DNA of 64,000 bases from Lepidodermella squamata (Eukaryota; Animalia; Gastrotricha). The DNA lies in NCBI GenBank assembly GCA_047495785.1, contig JBLDXI010000055.1, forward strand, positions 806,001 to 870,000, read 5' to 3'. Shown piece by piece: positions 48,891-60,574 of the stretch. How positions within the stretch are numbered: the first letter of the stretch is position 1; the number at the start of each line of letters is the position of its first letter. The notes below the pieces were generated by a model. That model worked only from the letters and a program-made list of their open reading frames with translations, searched no databases and had not been told where the DNA came from. A program made the translations under genes and the position numbers.

Positions 48891-49538
48891 ATGGTTATAT
48901 CTCGAATCCTGAAATGGTTTGCGGTGCCGAGCTCGCACCGTAACGCGGCGGCTGTGCAGCAACTGCGCGAGCTGTCTTTGCAGCTTCACGGATTCATCGG
49001 CGACCCGCTGTCTGCTGTTACTATTTGTCGCGTGAAGCGTATGGTGCGGGAGCTCGAGAAGTCTTCCAAGAAGCGACTTGTTCGAACCGGCGGCAGCTGC
49101 CTCGCACTGTATCAGCGTTTAGTTGGCATCGAACATGCTGCTGTCCAAGCCATTCAGTGAGTCATTTTGTTCTAAAATTCAGTTGATAGGTACTATTTAA
49201 AATTTTTAAACCGTAAATTTCTTTTCTTATTTTCTTGTTTCAAATATTTCAGACATGATGAAAATGTCACGACTGCCGAGGCGATTTCTACATGGGCGCA
49301 TGACGCAGTGCGTCTACTTGACAAATGCCACGACGCCATCGCCTACGGGCGTTTCAACGGCGACATCAATCTGTTTATCAACGCCTGCCTTCTTAGTATG
49401 GCGCGAATTGATTGCGCTGTCATCCTGGATCAAGAGCTGCAGGCGCGCCTGAATGGTGCCGCTGGTCGTCGTGCTATTGTGCCGGCCGCGCTGTTTCAGC
49501 AAAGCGAGACGCTGATGATGCGCAATTTTTCGATTTAA
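48891..49538 (+). CDS. Small unknown helical protein
   Basis: Exons 48891-49156 and about 49253-49538 join in frame (phase 2); AATAAA near 49616. Confidence 0.65.
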
Positions 49539-49866
49539 CTGATATTATGTGCTATAAACCTTACTGCAACTTCAACATTGCAATTTCATTGTAAATTGTT
49601 GACAATTTTCATAATAATAAATTGAGATGGCGCTGCCTGTTTTGATGCTTTTATTTTTTTCTCAGTCAATGCCTGCCGAATACAAAAATAAGGTCCGGCA
49701 GTATGTGGGCTTGTTGCGGCAAAATACCGACTTCAATTCATGATTCGTCGAGCCGGTATTTTGTTGCCTAACTTTAAATTAGCGCTTTATTTCGGGGTTG
49801 TTGAAGCTCGTCACATGGTGAGACTATTATTTATTGCGAATCTTGGCCCGAAAATTTATAATAAGG

Positions 49867-51130
49867 TCACCAGGATACTTTGTAGCCAAATAATTTATAA
49901 TCCAAGTCATAATGTCTATCAATTATCTGCCGAATAAAAGACAAGCTAGCTTCAGAAACATTTCTTCGATTTTTAAGATTCTGATGAGGTGAAGGCATTT
50001 TCGGGACTTCTTTCCTGCCCGTTAGCTGCCGAGCTATATATTCCATCTCACAGCCGAGATCTTCAAAGTGTCCGATGAAGTCGTAATCAATAGCGCAAAA
50101 GTTGCAGACGTGTAGTTGGGGTCGCCAATGTCTCTCCATCAAGATGGAAACTTTTGCGTCGGCGACACGCTGTAGGAACCCGTCGAGTTCTAACGGCAGG
50201 GGATGCTTCGGTTCAGCGATGTTCAGGTGTCGCCTGATATTTCTTGCATGGCCCTAAAACAATTCAAATTTAGAGGTCATTAGCGACTAAGCGGGGAATT
50301 TACCTCCCAATATCCTTGGGCCACACCGTCACTCGTGTTTTTCGAGAACTTTTCCCGCCAAGTCGATAAAATCCGATCAACAGGCTCTCGTACGAAAGCA
50401 AAAGTTCGGTATTTTTTGACCAGCTCCATCCTTTCGATGAGGCTATACCGAGTAAGTGGCCGAACGTGTTTTTCGAACTTCGCTGGGTTGACGCAATCTT
50501 TCAGCTGCTGTTGGCGATCGTATCCGTAGCTCATCATCCCTGGATTTTCGCTTAGATGCCAGAGGTAATGCATTACGTTACGAGTTCCGACCTTGGGTGT
50601 TCTTTTTTTGGTAAAAATATTGTGATGTTTGAAACTAAAATTGATAAAGATATTACCCGCAATAGACAGCCGTGTATTTTTCATTGACAAACATATCACT
50701 CGACCAATTTATTTTTGACCTAGAGGAACAGTTACAATTTATAGTAAAAGTAAAAGTAAAATAAATTATTTTTACATGGCGTTGCTGGTTGAAACATTCA
50801 AAGCGAAGCGTGGTCGTCTTGAGGGCGGCAAATCTTTGAACTGTTTACAGGCTTCACGAATTCGATTTCGACGCTGATTCATGCGTTCGGCGATAACATT
50901 GTCTGGCTTATAAAAACAGAAGTGACTTATAACAAAATTAAGCAATTCTCTCGACCAAATCTTACCGGACAAGAGGCTTGTTGCAGTTTTTGAAAAAATT
51001 TGACATCATCTTTACGTTCATCATCGCTGATGATAGCTGTCCAAAGTAGAACCAAAGCCAACGTAGCCGCTACGGTAGAAATAACAGGCAATGATTGAAT
51101 GCAGAAAATCCTGCTCAACGCCTGTTTCAT
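49867..51130 (-). CDS. Carbohydrate sulfotransferase (Sulfotransfer_2, CHST11/HNK-1ST family), copy 1
   Basis: N-terminal TM; TPKVGTRN; FVREPVDRILSTWREKF; HWRPQ..CNFCAIDYDFIG; DYKLFGY. Confidence 0.9.
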
Positions 51131-51256
51131 TATCGCCGTTTTGTTTCAGATAAGATCAATAATCTTCCAGGCCAAAAAATTTGAATGAGAGGCGTAAAAT
51201 TAAACACGTGTTCGAAAAATCGTGAAAAAAATGCTGTCACAATTTTTATTCGCAAC

Positions 51257-52592
51257 TCAGAAAGGATATTTGTAACCGAATAGCTTGTAGTCATCGTCAT
51301 AATGCTTATCAGCTATCTTTTTAAGATTATGAGCTAGCCCCAAGTCAAAAAAACTATCCTTCCATCTCGGATTCCGGTTTGGGGATGGGAAGTTTGGTAC
51401 CTTATCCCTTCCTGTCAGCTGCCGAGCGATGTATTGCAACTCACAGGCGAAGTCTTCGAATAGTCCAATAAAGTCGTAATTTATCGCGCAAAATTTACCC
51501 AAGTCTAGTTGGGGTCGCCAATGTCTTTCAAGGGTATGCGACGCATCAGTGCTCGCGACATTTTCGAGGAATAATTCCAAGTCCAGGGGTAGCGACTCAT
51601 TCGTTGCGATGCCAAATTTCGAGCGTCTTACGTCAGCGGCGTAGCTCTGAAATTGAATATAAATGAGCAAAGGGTTAGTTGAGAGTTTGTTTTAACAAAC
51701 GAGCCAGCGATCACGGTCAATGCCATCACTAGCATTTGTAGAAAACTTGTCTCGCCACGCCGATAACATGCGATCGATCGGTTCTCGGACAAAAACGAAT
51801 TTTCGATATTCTTTCAATAATTCTTTGCTTTTATAACGTGAATACTTAGCGAGAGGGCGAATATGTTTCACGAATTTGTCTGATGTTTTGCAGTCCTCCA
51901 TTTGCTGTTGGCGATTGTAGTCGTAGCTCATCATCTCTGGATTTTCACTCAAATGCCACAAATAATGAATTACATTTCGAGTGCCAACCTTGGGCAACCT
52001 AGAGTAAAATGTCTTTTTATAGTGAAAGCATAACAGTTTGGAAGACAAACCCGCAATAAATTGCTTTATATTTTTCATTGACGTAAAGCTCTGTCCGCCA
52101 CGCTACTTTAGACCTGGACAAATTTGGTAGGCTTCGCTTAAAAATCTTAGCGTTTACCTAATTTTGTCATCAGGTTGCCCTCGAAGACTTTTCAAGTCAA
52201 ATCGTGGTCGAAATACCGGCGATAAGGACTTGAATTTCTCACATTCCTCGCGAATCCGTTGGCGACGTTGAGCCATTCGACCAGCGATGACATCGTCGGA
52301 CTAAACAAACCAGTTGTCGTAATTCCCAAATTCCCAAATACAAGCCCAGGCGGCACTACAAAGAAGATCAAAGTGCCGACAAAGAGGTGCCGCCTGGGCT
52401 TTTATTAAGGAATTTACGTATTATAATCGAAGCGAAACGAACCGAACACGACAATTGGGCGGATGTCGGAATTTTAACCCAGTCGTATTTTGTTGTTGCT
52501 ATGGTTAGGAGAATGTAACCGAGTAGAGAAGCAGAAACTGAGATCACAGGTAAAACTTGCATCCAACTTGCAAGGCGGAATCGCTCAATCAT
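51257..52592 (-). CDS. Carbohydrate sulfotransferase, copy 2
   Basis: Same motifs and exon layout. Confidence 0.9.
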
Positions 52593-52921
52593 TTTCTCCC
52601 CGGTTAGTTTCGATTAATGTAGGAAAAGAGGAAATAACGAAGATGCTATGCTGATATGCTATGCTAGTTTCGAAAACAAACAATGAATTATGACAAAAAC
52701 ATGAACGACTGATTCACATCTGAACACGTGCCGATCAAAAATATGAAGAACTCAATTTCCTCGTTTTATTGTCCGTCGTCTCTTCTCTCCAACTAGGGTG
52801 GGAAAACTGATAAAAATCCCTGCTTTCGCGGTTTAAAGGCGGAAAACGGAAATAACTTCACTATATTGTAGCTTAGGCTATCAACGAATCCGTATCCAGG
52901 TATGACTCTCAAATGAAAATT

Positions 52922-54191
52922 CTAGGATTCCACAATTTTTATTTCATAACCGAGTAGTTGGTAATCAGCCACATAATGCTTCGATATAATTTGACTTAAA
53001 AAAGAAAGTCCGACGCCCGAAATTTCGTTTAAATCATTCGATGTCCTACTTGGACTGGGAAGTTTCGGAACTTGACTATTTGAAGTCAGTTGCCTCGTGA
53101 CGTATTCGAGCTCGCATCCGAAATCTTCGAAATGACCAATGAAATCGTAATCGATTGCGCAAAAGTGACATAAATAAAGCTGCGGTCGCCAATGCACCTC
53201 CATATTAAGAGAAGTTTTAGTCGCAGCTACATGCTCGAGGAACAAATCCAGACTGAGCGGAAGGAAATCTTGGCCAGCTTGAACGTTCTTGCCAAGAAGT
53301 CGATTGACCTTCTTTGCATAGCGCTAAAATTAGATAGCCTGTAGAATTTCAAATTTTTTAAAGCTTTTAGACATACGAGCCAATATTTCCGCAATACGCC
53401 ATCACTGCTGTTCGTGGAAAACTTGTCTCGCCAAGCTGAAAGAAGGCGATCGATCGGGTCTCGGACGAAAACAAGTTTCCGATAGTTCCGCATAATATCC
53501 ATAGCTTCATCATGCGAATAGCGAACAAGAGGTCTGACGTGCTTTTCGAACTTATCTGGCGTTTTGCAGTCCTCCATTTGTTGTTGCCGGTTGTAACTGT
53601 ACGCCATTGATTGCGGATTTTCACTCAAATGCCACAAGTAATGCATGACATTGCGAGTGCCAACTTTGGGCGTCCTAAAAATTAAATGTTTTTTTCGATA
53701 TTTTCATCAGTTCGTCGTGCCAATTATCTCACCCACAGTAGACAATTTTGTATTGCTCATTCACGTATAAGTCGTTCCACCAAGCGCCCCAATCTCTGGA
53801 AACATGAAGTTAGGGTCTCGAAAATCAAAATAAAAACTTGGGCATACTGTGGTCGGTAATTGGTTTTATTCCAAAGAGGACCACTCAAATCGAATCTAGG
53901 TCTGATGGATTGGGATGAACCTTTCAATTGTTGACAAGCATCTCGAATTCGCATTCTTCTCTGGTTCATTCGAGCAGCAATTACCCAATCTGGCTGAAAT
54001 TATGTTATCAATCATCACGCAGTTAAGTACATTTTTTAATTATATACCGGGCATGTAGATTGGAGAAGTAACAGGGGAAATTTGTTCTCATCACTGATTA
54101 GCCATGAACATATTGTGAACGTGAGGAAGATTGCCAAGCTGGCAATCAGCGGTAGACCTCGATTGCTACATCTATATCGCTTCAAAATCAT
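52922..54191 (-). CDS. Carbohydrate sulfotransferase, copy 3
   Basis: Start MILKRYRC..TM..STCP| at 54191; same motifs. Confidence 0.88.
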
Positions 54192-54245
54192 CTATACCAT
54201 GAAAATAAAAAAGTTCACAACAATTAATCAATATCTCAATTTTAT

Positions 54246-55513
54246 TCACACTTCGTATCGGGTCAAATTAAGATTCGGATAATTGTAACTGAACATGGCG
54301 TAGTCGTCAGCAAATGATTGCTTGACTATTTCTTTGACAATAGTTCTAAGCGGCTCAGACATCAACTGCTTTTGCCTCTGCGTTTGCGGCGGACTTGGCA
54401 GTTGCGGGGCATTTTTCAATCCAGTAACTTCACTTATGATGTGTTGAAGCTCGCAATCGAGATTTTCAAACGTCCCAACATAGTCGTAATCTATCGCGCA
54501 AAAGTGGCAAACATTGATTTGAGGTCTCCAATGCTTGTCCCATTGTCGAGAATCCGTTGTCGTTGATATGAACCGCAAAAATTCGTCGAAAGAGACCGGC
54601 AATCCAGCTTCAAGATCGGCCTTAGTCGCATTGGGCCGGGCTAATTCCATAATTTTTCTACCGACTGCCTGTTCAGAAAAGTGCAATTTTCGGAATAATT
54701 AATGGCGAAAATATTTACTCTCCAATGAGGTTTGAATACGCCGTCCGATTTCAATGTCGAAAACTTGTCTTTCCAAGCTGATATGAGTCTTCCAAGTGGC
54801 TCACGGACAAACGTGAATTTTTTAAATTCGGCCATGAATTTTTTAGCTTCCGCGGTTGTGTACTCGCGAATAGGCTTGACGTAATGCCGATCGCCGGTTC
54901 GCTTTTTGTACAGGCGCATCATTTCCCAGCGATTGTAGGAATAGCTCGAGTTGAATCGATTTTTACTCAGATTGATCAGGTAATGACGAATATTGGTATT
55001 TCCGACTTTTGGCATGCTATAAAATGCTGAAAAATTAGTTAGGTCCTCTCAACTTGAGTCAAACTCACGCGCAGAAAAGCAATCGATTCTTCTCATTCAC
55101 AATCAAATCCATCCACCAAAATGTATGGTCCCTGAAGAAAAAGGTACAACTTATGATAAAGCATCCTAAAAATCTTACTCAGCATTGTAGATGTGACGGT
55201 TTTTCTCGAATAAGTCCCAGTCGATGGATTCCAGTGGTGGCTTATCACTCGTTTTTAACCTGTCGCAGATTGCTTTCATTTGGCTGCGTCTCTGAGCAAT
55301 CGTCCTAGCGATCTCATTGGAGGGCTAACTTCGATTAATTCACCTTTACTTGCATAGTCAAACTAGTGTCGAAAAGCTCACCGGGCATTGTCTGTTTTCT
55401 TGGAAACTCAACCATCTTTTCGGTTCGAGTTGAATGATTAGTAGGCAGACGCATGAAAACAATAGAAGTTTCAGCCAAATTTTCGATAACGCGTTCAGTG
55501 GAACGACAGCCAT
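54246..55513 (-). CDS. Carbohydrate sulfotransferase, copy 4
   Basis: Start MAVVPLNALSKIWLKLLLFSCVCLLII..QCP| at 55513; MPKVGNTN; FVREPLGRLISAWKDKF; HWRPQ. Confidence 0.88.
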
Positions 55514-55695
55514 TCATAAACAGCTATTCATCAATACTTTTTCGTGATCTCTGATTTTTCTAGCCGCCACCTCAAATTAACACGCGATCGACGTATTCAT
55601 TCGCGTGATCGCCCGATAAACACACTCGACTTCAATGAGTAAACAAGTTAATTTTTTCATCCCAGGCATGACGCTACGATGACATCATTTCAGCT

Positions 55696-55830
55696 GGCTG
55701 ATTATGATCCATTCTTACCTGGCATTGAAGGCATCAGTACAACAGCAGTTGAGTTTCACCATTTAAAGCCTGTCGAAATATTGATGCAACTTCACTTGTG
55801 AGATGAATTTTGAGAATTTCGAAGATAAAC
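55696..55830 (+). pseudogene. Duplicated 3' fragment of the core-1 galactosyltransferase gene
   Basis: Reads ADYDPFLPGIEGISTTAVEFHHLKPVEILM, an inverted copy of about 60745-60872. Confidence 0.8.
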
Positions 55831-55941
55831 TTAAGAAATATAGAATTGTCCCCAGAAATATAGGTCGAGTAGCTTTGACAATTCGATATTTTACGGTATA
55901 ACATTCGTAAATCGTTCATATCTGAACTCGCCGCACTCGAA

Positions 55942-55980
55942 AATAAATTGAATAAATTGAATAAATTGAATAAATTGAAA
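55942..55980. repeat. (AATAAATTG)x4 tandem repeat
   Basis: Read directly from the sequence. Confidence 0.85.
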
Positions 55981-56228
55981 AAATGAAAATTCGTTGGTTT
56001 TTTAGACTTGCTTTGCACAGCCGAAACCTTCGACCTGCATTCAGCTCTCATACACTTGATTAAAGGCAGTCAGAACTAATTTGCGAGCAAATACCCAACG
56101 CATTGAGGGATTAGCAGTGACTCGTCAATTAATAAAAAAATGCTTGGTTTTTTTGCATGTTGGCGATGATCTTAGATTGCATCATTTCAGCTGTTTATAC
56201 TCTATTTCTTCATTATTATTTTCAGACA

Positions 56229-56300
56229 AGCAGAGTGGCGCAGTGGAAGCGCGCTGGGCCCATAACCCAGAGGTCTGTAGATCGAAACTACGCTCTGCTA
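56229..56300 (+). tRNA. trnM: Initiator tRNA-Met (CAT)
   Basis: AGCAGAGTGGCGCAGTGGAAGCGCGCTGGGCCCATAACCCAG..GATCGAAAC..CTCTGCTA; A1 and the GATCG T-loop are diagnostic of eukaryotic tRNAi. Confidence 0.97.
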
Positions 56301-56370
56301 ACTGTCCAACTTTTTCTGTTATTTGTATTCGAAAATTATTTTGCAAAATTAAAAAATTATCGGAGACATT

Positions 56371-56442
56371 AGGCCCAGGCGGGAATTGAACCCGCGATCT
56401 TCTGTTTACGAGACAGACGCTCTACCACTAAGCTACTGAGCC
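56371..56442 (-). tRNA. trnT: tRNA-Thr (CGT)
   Basis: GGCTCAGTAGCTTAGTGGTAGAGCGTCTGT-CTCGTAA-ACAGAAGATCGCGGGTTCAATTCCCGCCTGGGCCT cloverleaf. Confidence 0.95.
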
Positions 56443-56497
56443 TGAGATACTGATAACAATTTAATTAAGTCCATGACGTGGAATCATTCAAGCAAAT

Positions 56498-57322
56498 TTA
56501 TTGAACAACTTGGCAAGCTCGGGGAAGCTGTTGAATCTCATCAGCAACCAAAGTTGTGTTATAAAGTACCCAACAAGCTATAGCGTCACTGGTTGACATG
56601 TAATAACTATCAGTTTGTTGTGCAGAGGAACCTCGAGTATGAATTCCTACATCGAAACGGAAACCACCTGCAGGCCAATCATCAGCTGGGGGTCGTTGAA
56701 AAGTGATGTTCGCAATCCCAGCTACCTTGCCACTTGAGTTGTAGTACGTCAGTTTGCTTGTTTTATTATTGTAAACCAGTGCGAAATTGTTCCATTGGTG
56801 AGGCTGGAGTGTGTTCGGGAATTCCTGAATCGTTACCGGAACAAAAGGCACTTTGGGATCGTCGGTCGTGTTGAATGAGATAACTTCCAATCCATTTGAA
56901 CCTGAATTACCAACGCTAAAATAGGGCGCGGCTGGCTCGTCGGCGCACGTTATTATCCCCCTGCGGTCGTCCGAAACGGGCTGTGGCACGTAAAAATAGT
57001 ACATGAAAAGGGTGAATGACGACGCGTTAAAGAAGCCGCGTTCGTAGGAGGCTATGTAACAACCAGTTTTTCGGTCACATGAGACGCCGTACGAAGATGA
57101 CTTCGAACCGAAAGGTCCTACCAAATCATCTCTCAGCTGTGGGTTGCTGAAGACTTTGACAGGGCTTATTGACTTATTGCCTCGAATGTCGTCTAATTTC
57201 GTCTTGGCATTGAATGGGACGAAAGCGACCAACGATTCAGGCCGAGGCCATGGCGGTGACTCCAAGCCTATAACCACGGCTATGGTTACTAGTTGGCTTA
57301 ATATGAAACTTGCTTTAATCAT
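56498..57322 (-). CDS. Secreted protein, probable ConA-like lectin/LamG (pentraxin-like) fold
   Basis: Intronless ORF; signal-peptide-like MIKASFILSQLVTIAVVIG; SSFTLFMY, LQPHQWNNFALVYNNKTSKLTYY, LYNTTLVADEIQQL. Confidence 0.7.
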   Translation of the reverse strand: MIKASFILSQLVTIAVVIGLESPPWPRPESLVAFVPFNAKTKLDDIRGNKSISPVKVFSNPQLRDDLVGPFGSKSSSYGVSCDRKTGCYIASYERGFFNASSFTLFMYYFYVPQPVSDDRRGIITCADEPAAPYFSVGNSGSNGLEVISFNTTDDPKVPFVPVTIQEFPNTLQPHQWNNFALVYNNKTSKLTYYNSSGKVAGIANITFQRPPADDWPAGGFRFDVGIHTRGSSAQQTDSYYMSTSDAIACWVLYNTTLVADEIQQLPRACQVVQ

Positions 57323-57541
57323 GTTGTTTTGTGTTATTGCTGCTATCCGAAAACCAGAGTTATACAAGTTTAATCAGCATCACTCGGACAACGAAAATGC
57401 GTAATCTTTTTGAACTAGTTCGCGGCTAATAATATTTATTGACAAAGACAATTACCATCACATTTTTTGCATGCCAGATCACTAATATAATCCCACTAAA
57501 AAGTTATTCAAAAGTCAATAAGTTGCTTTGGATCGCGCAGT

Positions 57542-58365
57542 TTAGATGGTCTTGGTGGCGACCTTGTAGACGGCCGGTTCGAAGGTGGACATGGTCTTGC
57601 CGGCGGCCGAGGCAGTGCGGGCCTCCTCGAGGCTGAGCTTGGGCAGCGGGGCCTCGACGCAGAGCAGGCCCTCGTTGGTGAGGAACGACTTGAGCTCGAG
57701 CTTGGTCAGGTCAGCCTTGACCTCCTCCGGGATGTACACCTTGCGCGAGTAGTGGCGCTTGATGTAGTGTTCCTACATAATGCGAATTTAAATAATCAGG
57801 TGAAAGAGTAGCTATTGAATCGTACCTTGTCCTTGACCTCGTGGACGGCCTCGACGCACAGGCAGCGCTCCTTCGAGTTCAGGGTGACGTTGACCTCCTC
57901 TGGCTTGAACGAGCGCAGGTCGAAGTAGCAGTTGAGGGCGCGGTTGCCGTCGGCGTCGTAGCGGATCGGGTTCGCCAGCGAGTAGTGCTCGAGCATCGAG
58001 GCCGGGCGCGACGGCTGCAGGTTCAGCTCCGACGAGAAGGTCTTCTCGAGGTTCTTGAACACGTTGTTGAAGTTGCCGAGCGAGCGGTTGAAGAAGCTGT
58101 CGAAGGTGTTGCCGCCGAACGGAGCCATGGCGCCGGTGTTGCCGAAGCCGCCGAAGTTGCCGCCGAACGGGGTCATCGAGTTGTCGAAGCCACCGAAGCC
58201 GCCGAAGCCGCCGAAGTTGCCACCGAAGCTACCGCCGAAGGGGCCGTTGTAGTTGTTGAAGCCTCCCCAGGGAGCCATGGTGCCGAAGTTCGAGTAGCCG
58301 CACGACGGGGTGGTGCAGGCGGTACCGGTGGTGTTGGTGCCAGTGGTGGTGTTGGAGGCGGCCAT
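57542..58365 (-). CDS. Small heat-shock protein (alpha-crystallin/HSP20) with Gly/Phe/Asn-rich N-terminus
   Basis: FDLRSFKPEEVNVTL..CVEAVHEVKDK|EHYIKRHYSRKVYIPEEV..LKSFLTNEGLLCVEAPLP; intron 57773-57825. Confidence 0.92.
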
Positions 58366-59200
58366 TTTATTCAACGAAATGAGCAAGAATTAGAACTGAT
58401 AAATTATTAATTGAAGAAAGCGAATGATGACTGCGCTGAATTCCTCAGGCGCTTAAAAAAGACCCGCTCCTGGTGTTGCGTAACTCGCCCAAGCATCCAA
58501 TATTTTTTGCTATCGCACGCCGCGCAGCGCGCATGACATGCCGCCCTTTCAGATCCACGCGACTTGAAAAAATAGTTGGGCGAAGTCCATCTGACGAAAA
58601 AAGCTCATTTTGGATGATAAAAATTGAAATGTAAGTTGGATCGAAATAAGCTTGTTGTGAGTTAAGGTGCGATATTCAATAAGGGTCGAAGAGCCGCATC
58701 TCCTGCTGTATCCCTCCTAAAGTCTCGACATTTCATCGCCATCTTCGATCGCAGTGACGCAAAGACGCCATTTTTCAGAGTAAATAAAAAACAATCATTT
58801 TTTTCTCTTTTTGTACTGATTTCTCTTCATGTTACCCATTCTCGCGAATCTCTTAAGTAGAGGGGCTGCCATCAATTTTCGAATGAGCCTGGAAAAACGT
58901 TGCCAACCGCTTCATTTTCATTTGAATTTAAGCGGTCTGGAGAAAAAGTTGGGCAGCAGGTAATGTCCAGGTCCAAAAATATAGCTATGTCACGTGTAGA
59001 TTTGCAATTTTGACCCTCATAGTCCAAAGTCCAGATAATAGAGTCGTGATACGAAACGTTGCCAATATCGCATGGGTTCTTATCATAAAATAATTTAGCC
59101 TATTTTATAGAGGAAATTACCTACGGAGCTAATAAAAAGACAGTACCTTATTTTGTTAGAAATTTTACTTTGACATCGAAAACCCATCACTTAATCCAAA

Positions 59201-60170
59201 ATGTCGTCTGGTCCTTTCCGCGAAACTATTTCGGATGATCACCCTACTTACAAGCCTGAAGCCAACCGATACATCCTCTACGTAGCTGTCATGTGCCCAT
59301 TCGTAATCTTTAACTCACGCAAAGAAACGCAAAATTACACTTTGAAAATTACAGGCACATCGGACGCTGTTGGCAAGGGCTGTGAAAAAGTTGGAAAACA
59401 TCGTTCAACTAGTGGTACTTAATTCGGTGAACGATCCAACGACCGGCTGGCAGTTCCACAGCGACTATGGCGTAGACCCTGTACTCAACGCCAAGTATAT
59501 GAAAGAGCTGTATTTGCTAAGTAAGCCGGATTACGACGGTCGAATCACTGTTCCGGTGCTGTTCGACTCTAAGACTCGAACAATTGTCAACAACGAATCG
59601 GCCGATATTGTGCGAATCTTCAACACGGCGTTCAATGGCCTTCTGGGCGGGAAGACAGTCGACCTGTACCCAGCTCATCTTGCCGACGAAATCGACAAAA
59701 ATTTCATGTCATGGGTTATGGATGACCTGGTTTTCCCGATTTACAAAGCTGGAAGGGCTGAGACCCAGGAAGACTACGACACCAACGCTACGAAGCTATT
59801 CAAGTCGCTAGACCGATTGGAAACCCTGTTGTCCGAACGCCCATTTGTCGCTGGTGACGTATTGACTGAGGGAGATCTCAAAGTCTACCCTTGGATCGTT
59901 CGTCTGCCGATTGCTTATGAGTACCTTTACAAGGTCAACCTCAAGTCGCTGCGTACAAATGAAGATTACCCACACATTTCGAAGTGGGTGAGGAAAATTT
60001 ATCAAATCCCGGGCGTAGCAGCAACGGTGGACGTGAAACACATTCAGGATGGCAATTTCATCGGACAGCCCAGTGCCAACCCATCCAAAATCGTGCCTCT
60101 TTACAAAGGCCCAGACTTCAACAAACCAGCTCTACCACTCTCCGATAAGGACTTTGTTTGGTTCAAATAA
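59201..60170 (+). CDS. Glutathionyl-hydroquinone reductase-like GST (YqjG/ECM4, Xi class)
   Basis: YKPEANRYILYVAVMCPF|AHR, DPVLNAKYMKELY, YDGRITVPVLFD, IVNNESADIVRIFN, NPSKIVP; intron 59303-59354. Confidence 0.9.
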
Positions 60171-60300
60171 TCGATTATTAATGGTGCTGCAAAAAAGGCG
60201 ACTTGAATCAAGCACGGAATGAATATTGAACTGCCTCGGCACAATTGATGCAAATTTGATTAAATAATTTTTGAAAATAAAAAAAAATATTTGACATTTA

Positions 60301-60372
60301 TAGCAGAGCGTAGTTTCGATCTACAGACCTCTGGGTTATGGGCCCAGCGCGCTTCCACTGCGCCACTCTGCT
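60301..60372 (-). tRNA. trnM: Initiator tRNA-Met (CAT), second identical copy
   Basis: Reverse complement of 56229-56300. Confidence 0.97.
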
Positions 60373-60574
60373 TGTCTGAAAATAATAATGAAGAAATAGA
60401 GTATAAACAGCTGAAATGATGCAATCTAAGATCATCGCCAACATGCAAAAAAACCACGCATTATTTATTAATTGATGAGTCATCGCTAATTCCTCAATGC
60501 GTTGGGTGTTTGCGCGCAAACAAGTTTTCGGCTGTCCAAAGCAATTCTAAAAACCATAGTATCTTTAATTCTTT

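Noticed and set aside
49700-49770. Small hairpin between convergent genes
   Set aside because: Short imperfect stem, not distinguishable from chance or TE debris.
55335-55517. ORF-track start for sulfotransferase copy 4
   Set aside because: Wrong frame; the ATG at 55513 gives the TM segment and the conserved CP| exon end.
56081-56389. ORFs MRANTQRIE.. (also 60298-60519)
   Set aside because: They run through tRNA genes; their similarity is explained by the inverted duplication.
57841-58410. 189-aa + strand ORF
   Set aside because: Antisense shadow of the GC-biased sHSP gene; no independent motifs.
58370-58700. Heat-shock elements upstream of the sHSP
   Set aside because: No convincing array of three alternating nGAAn units seen.
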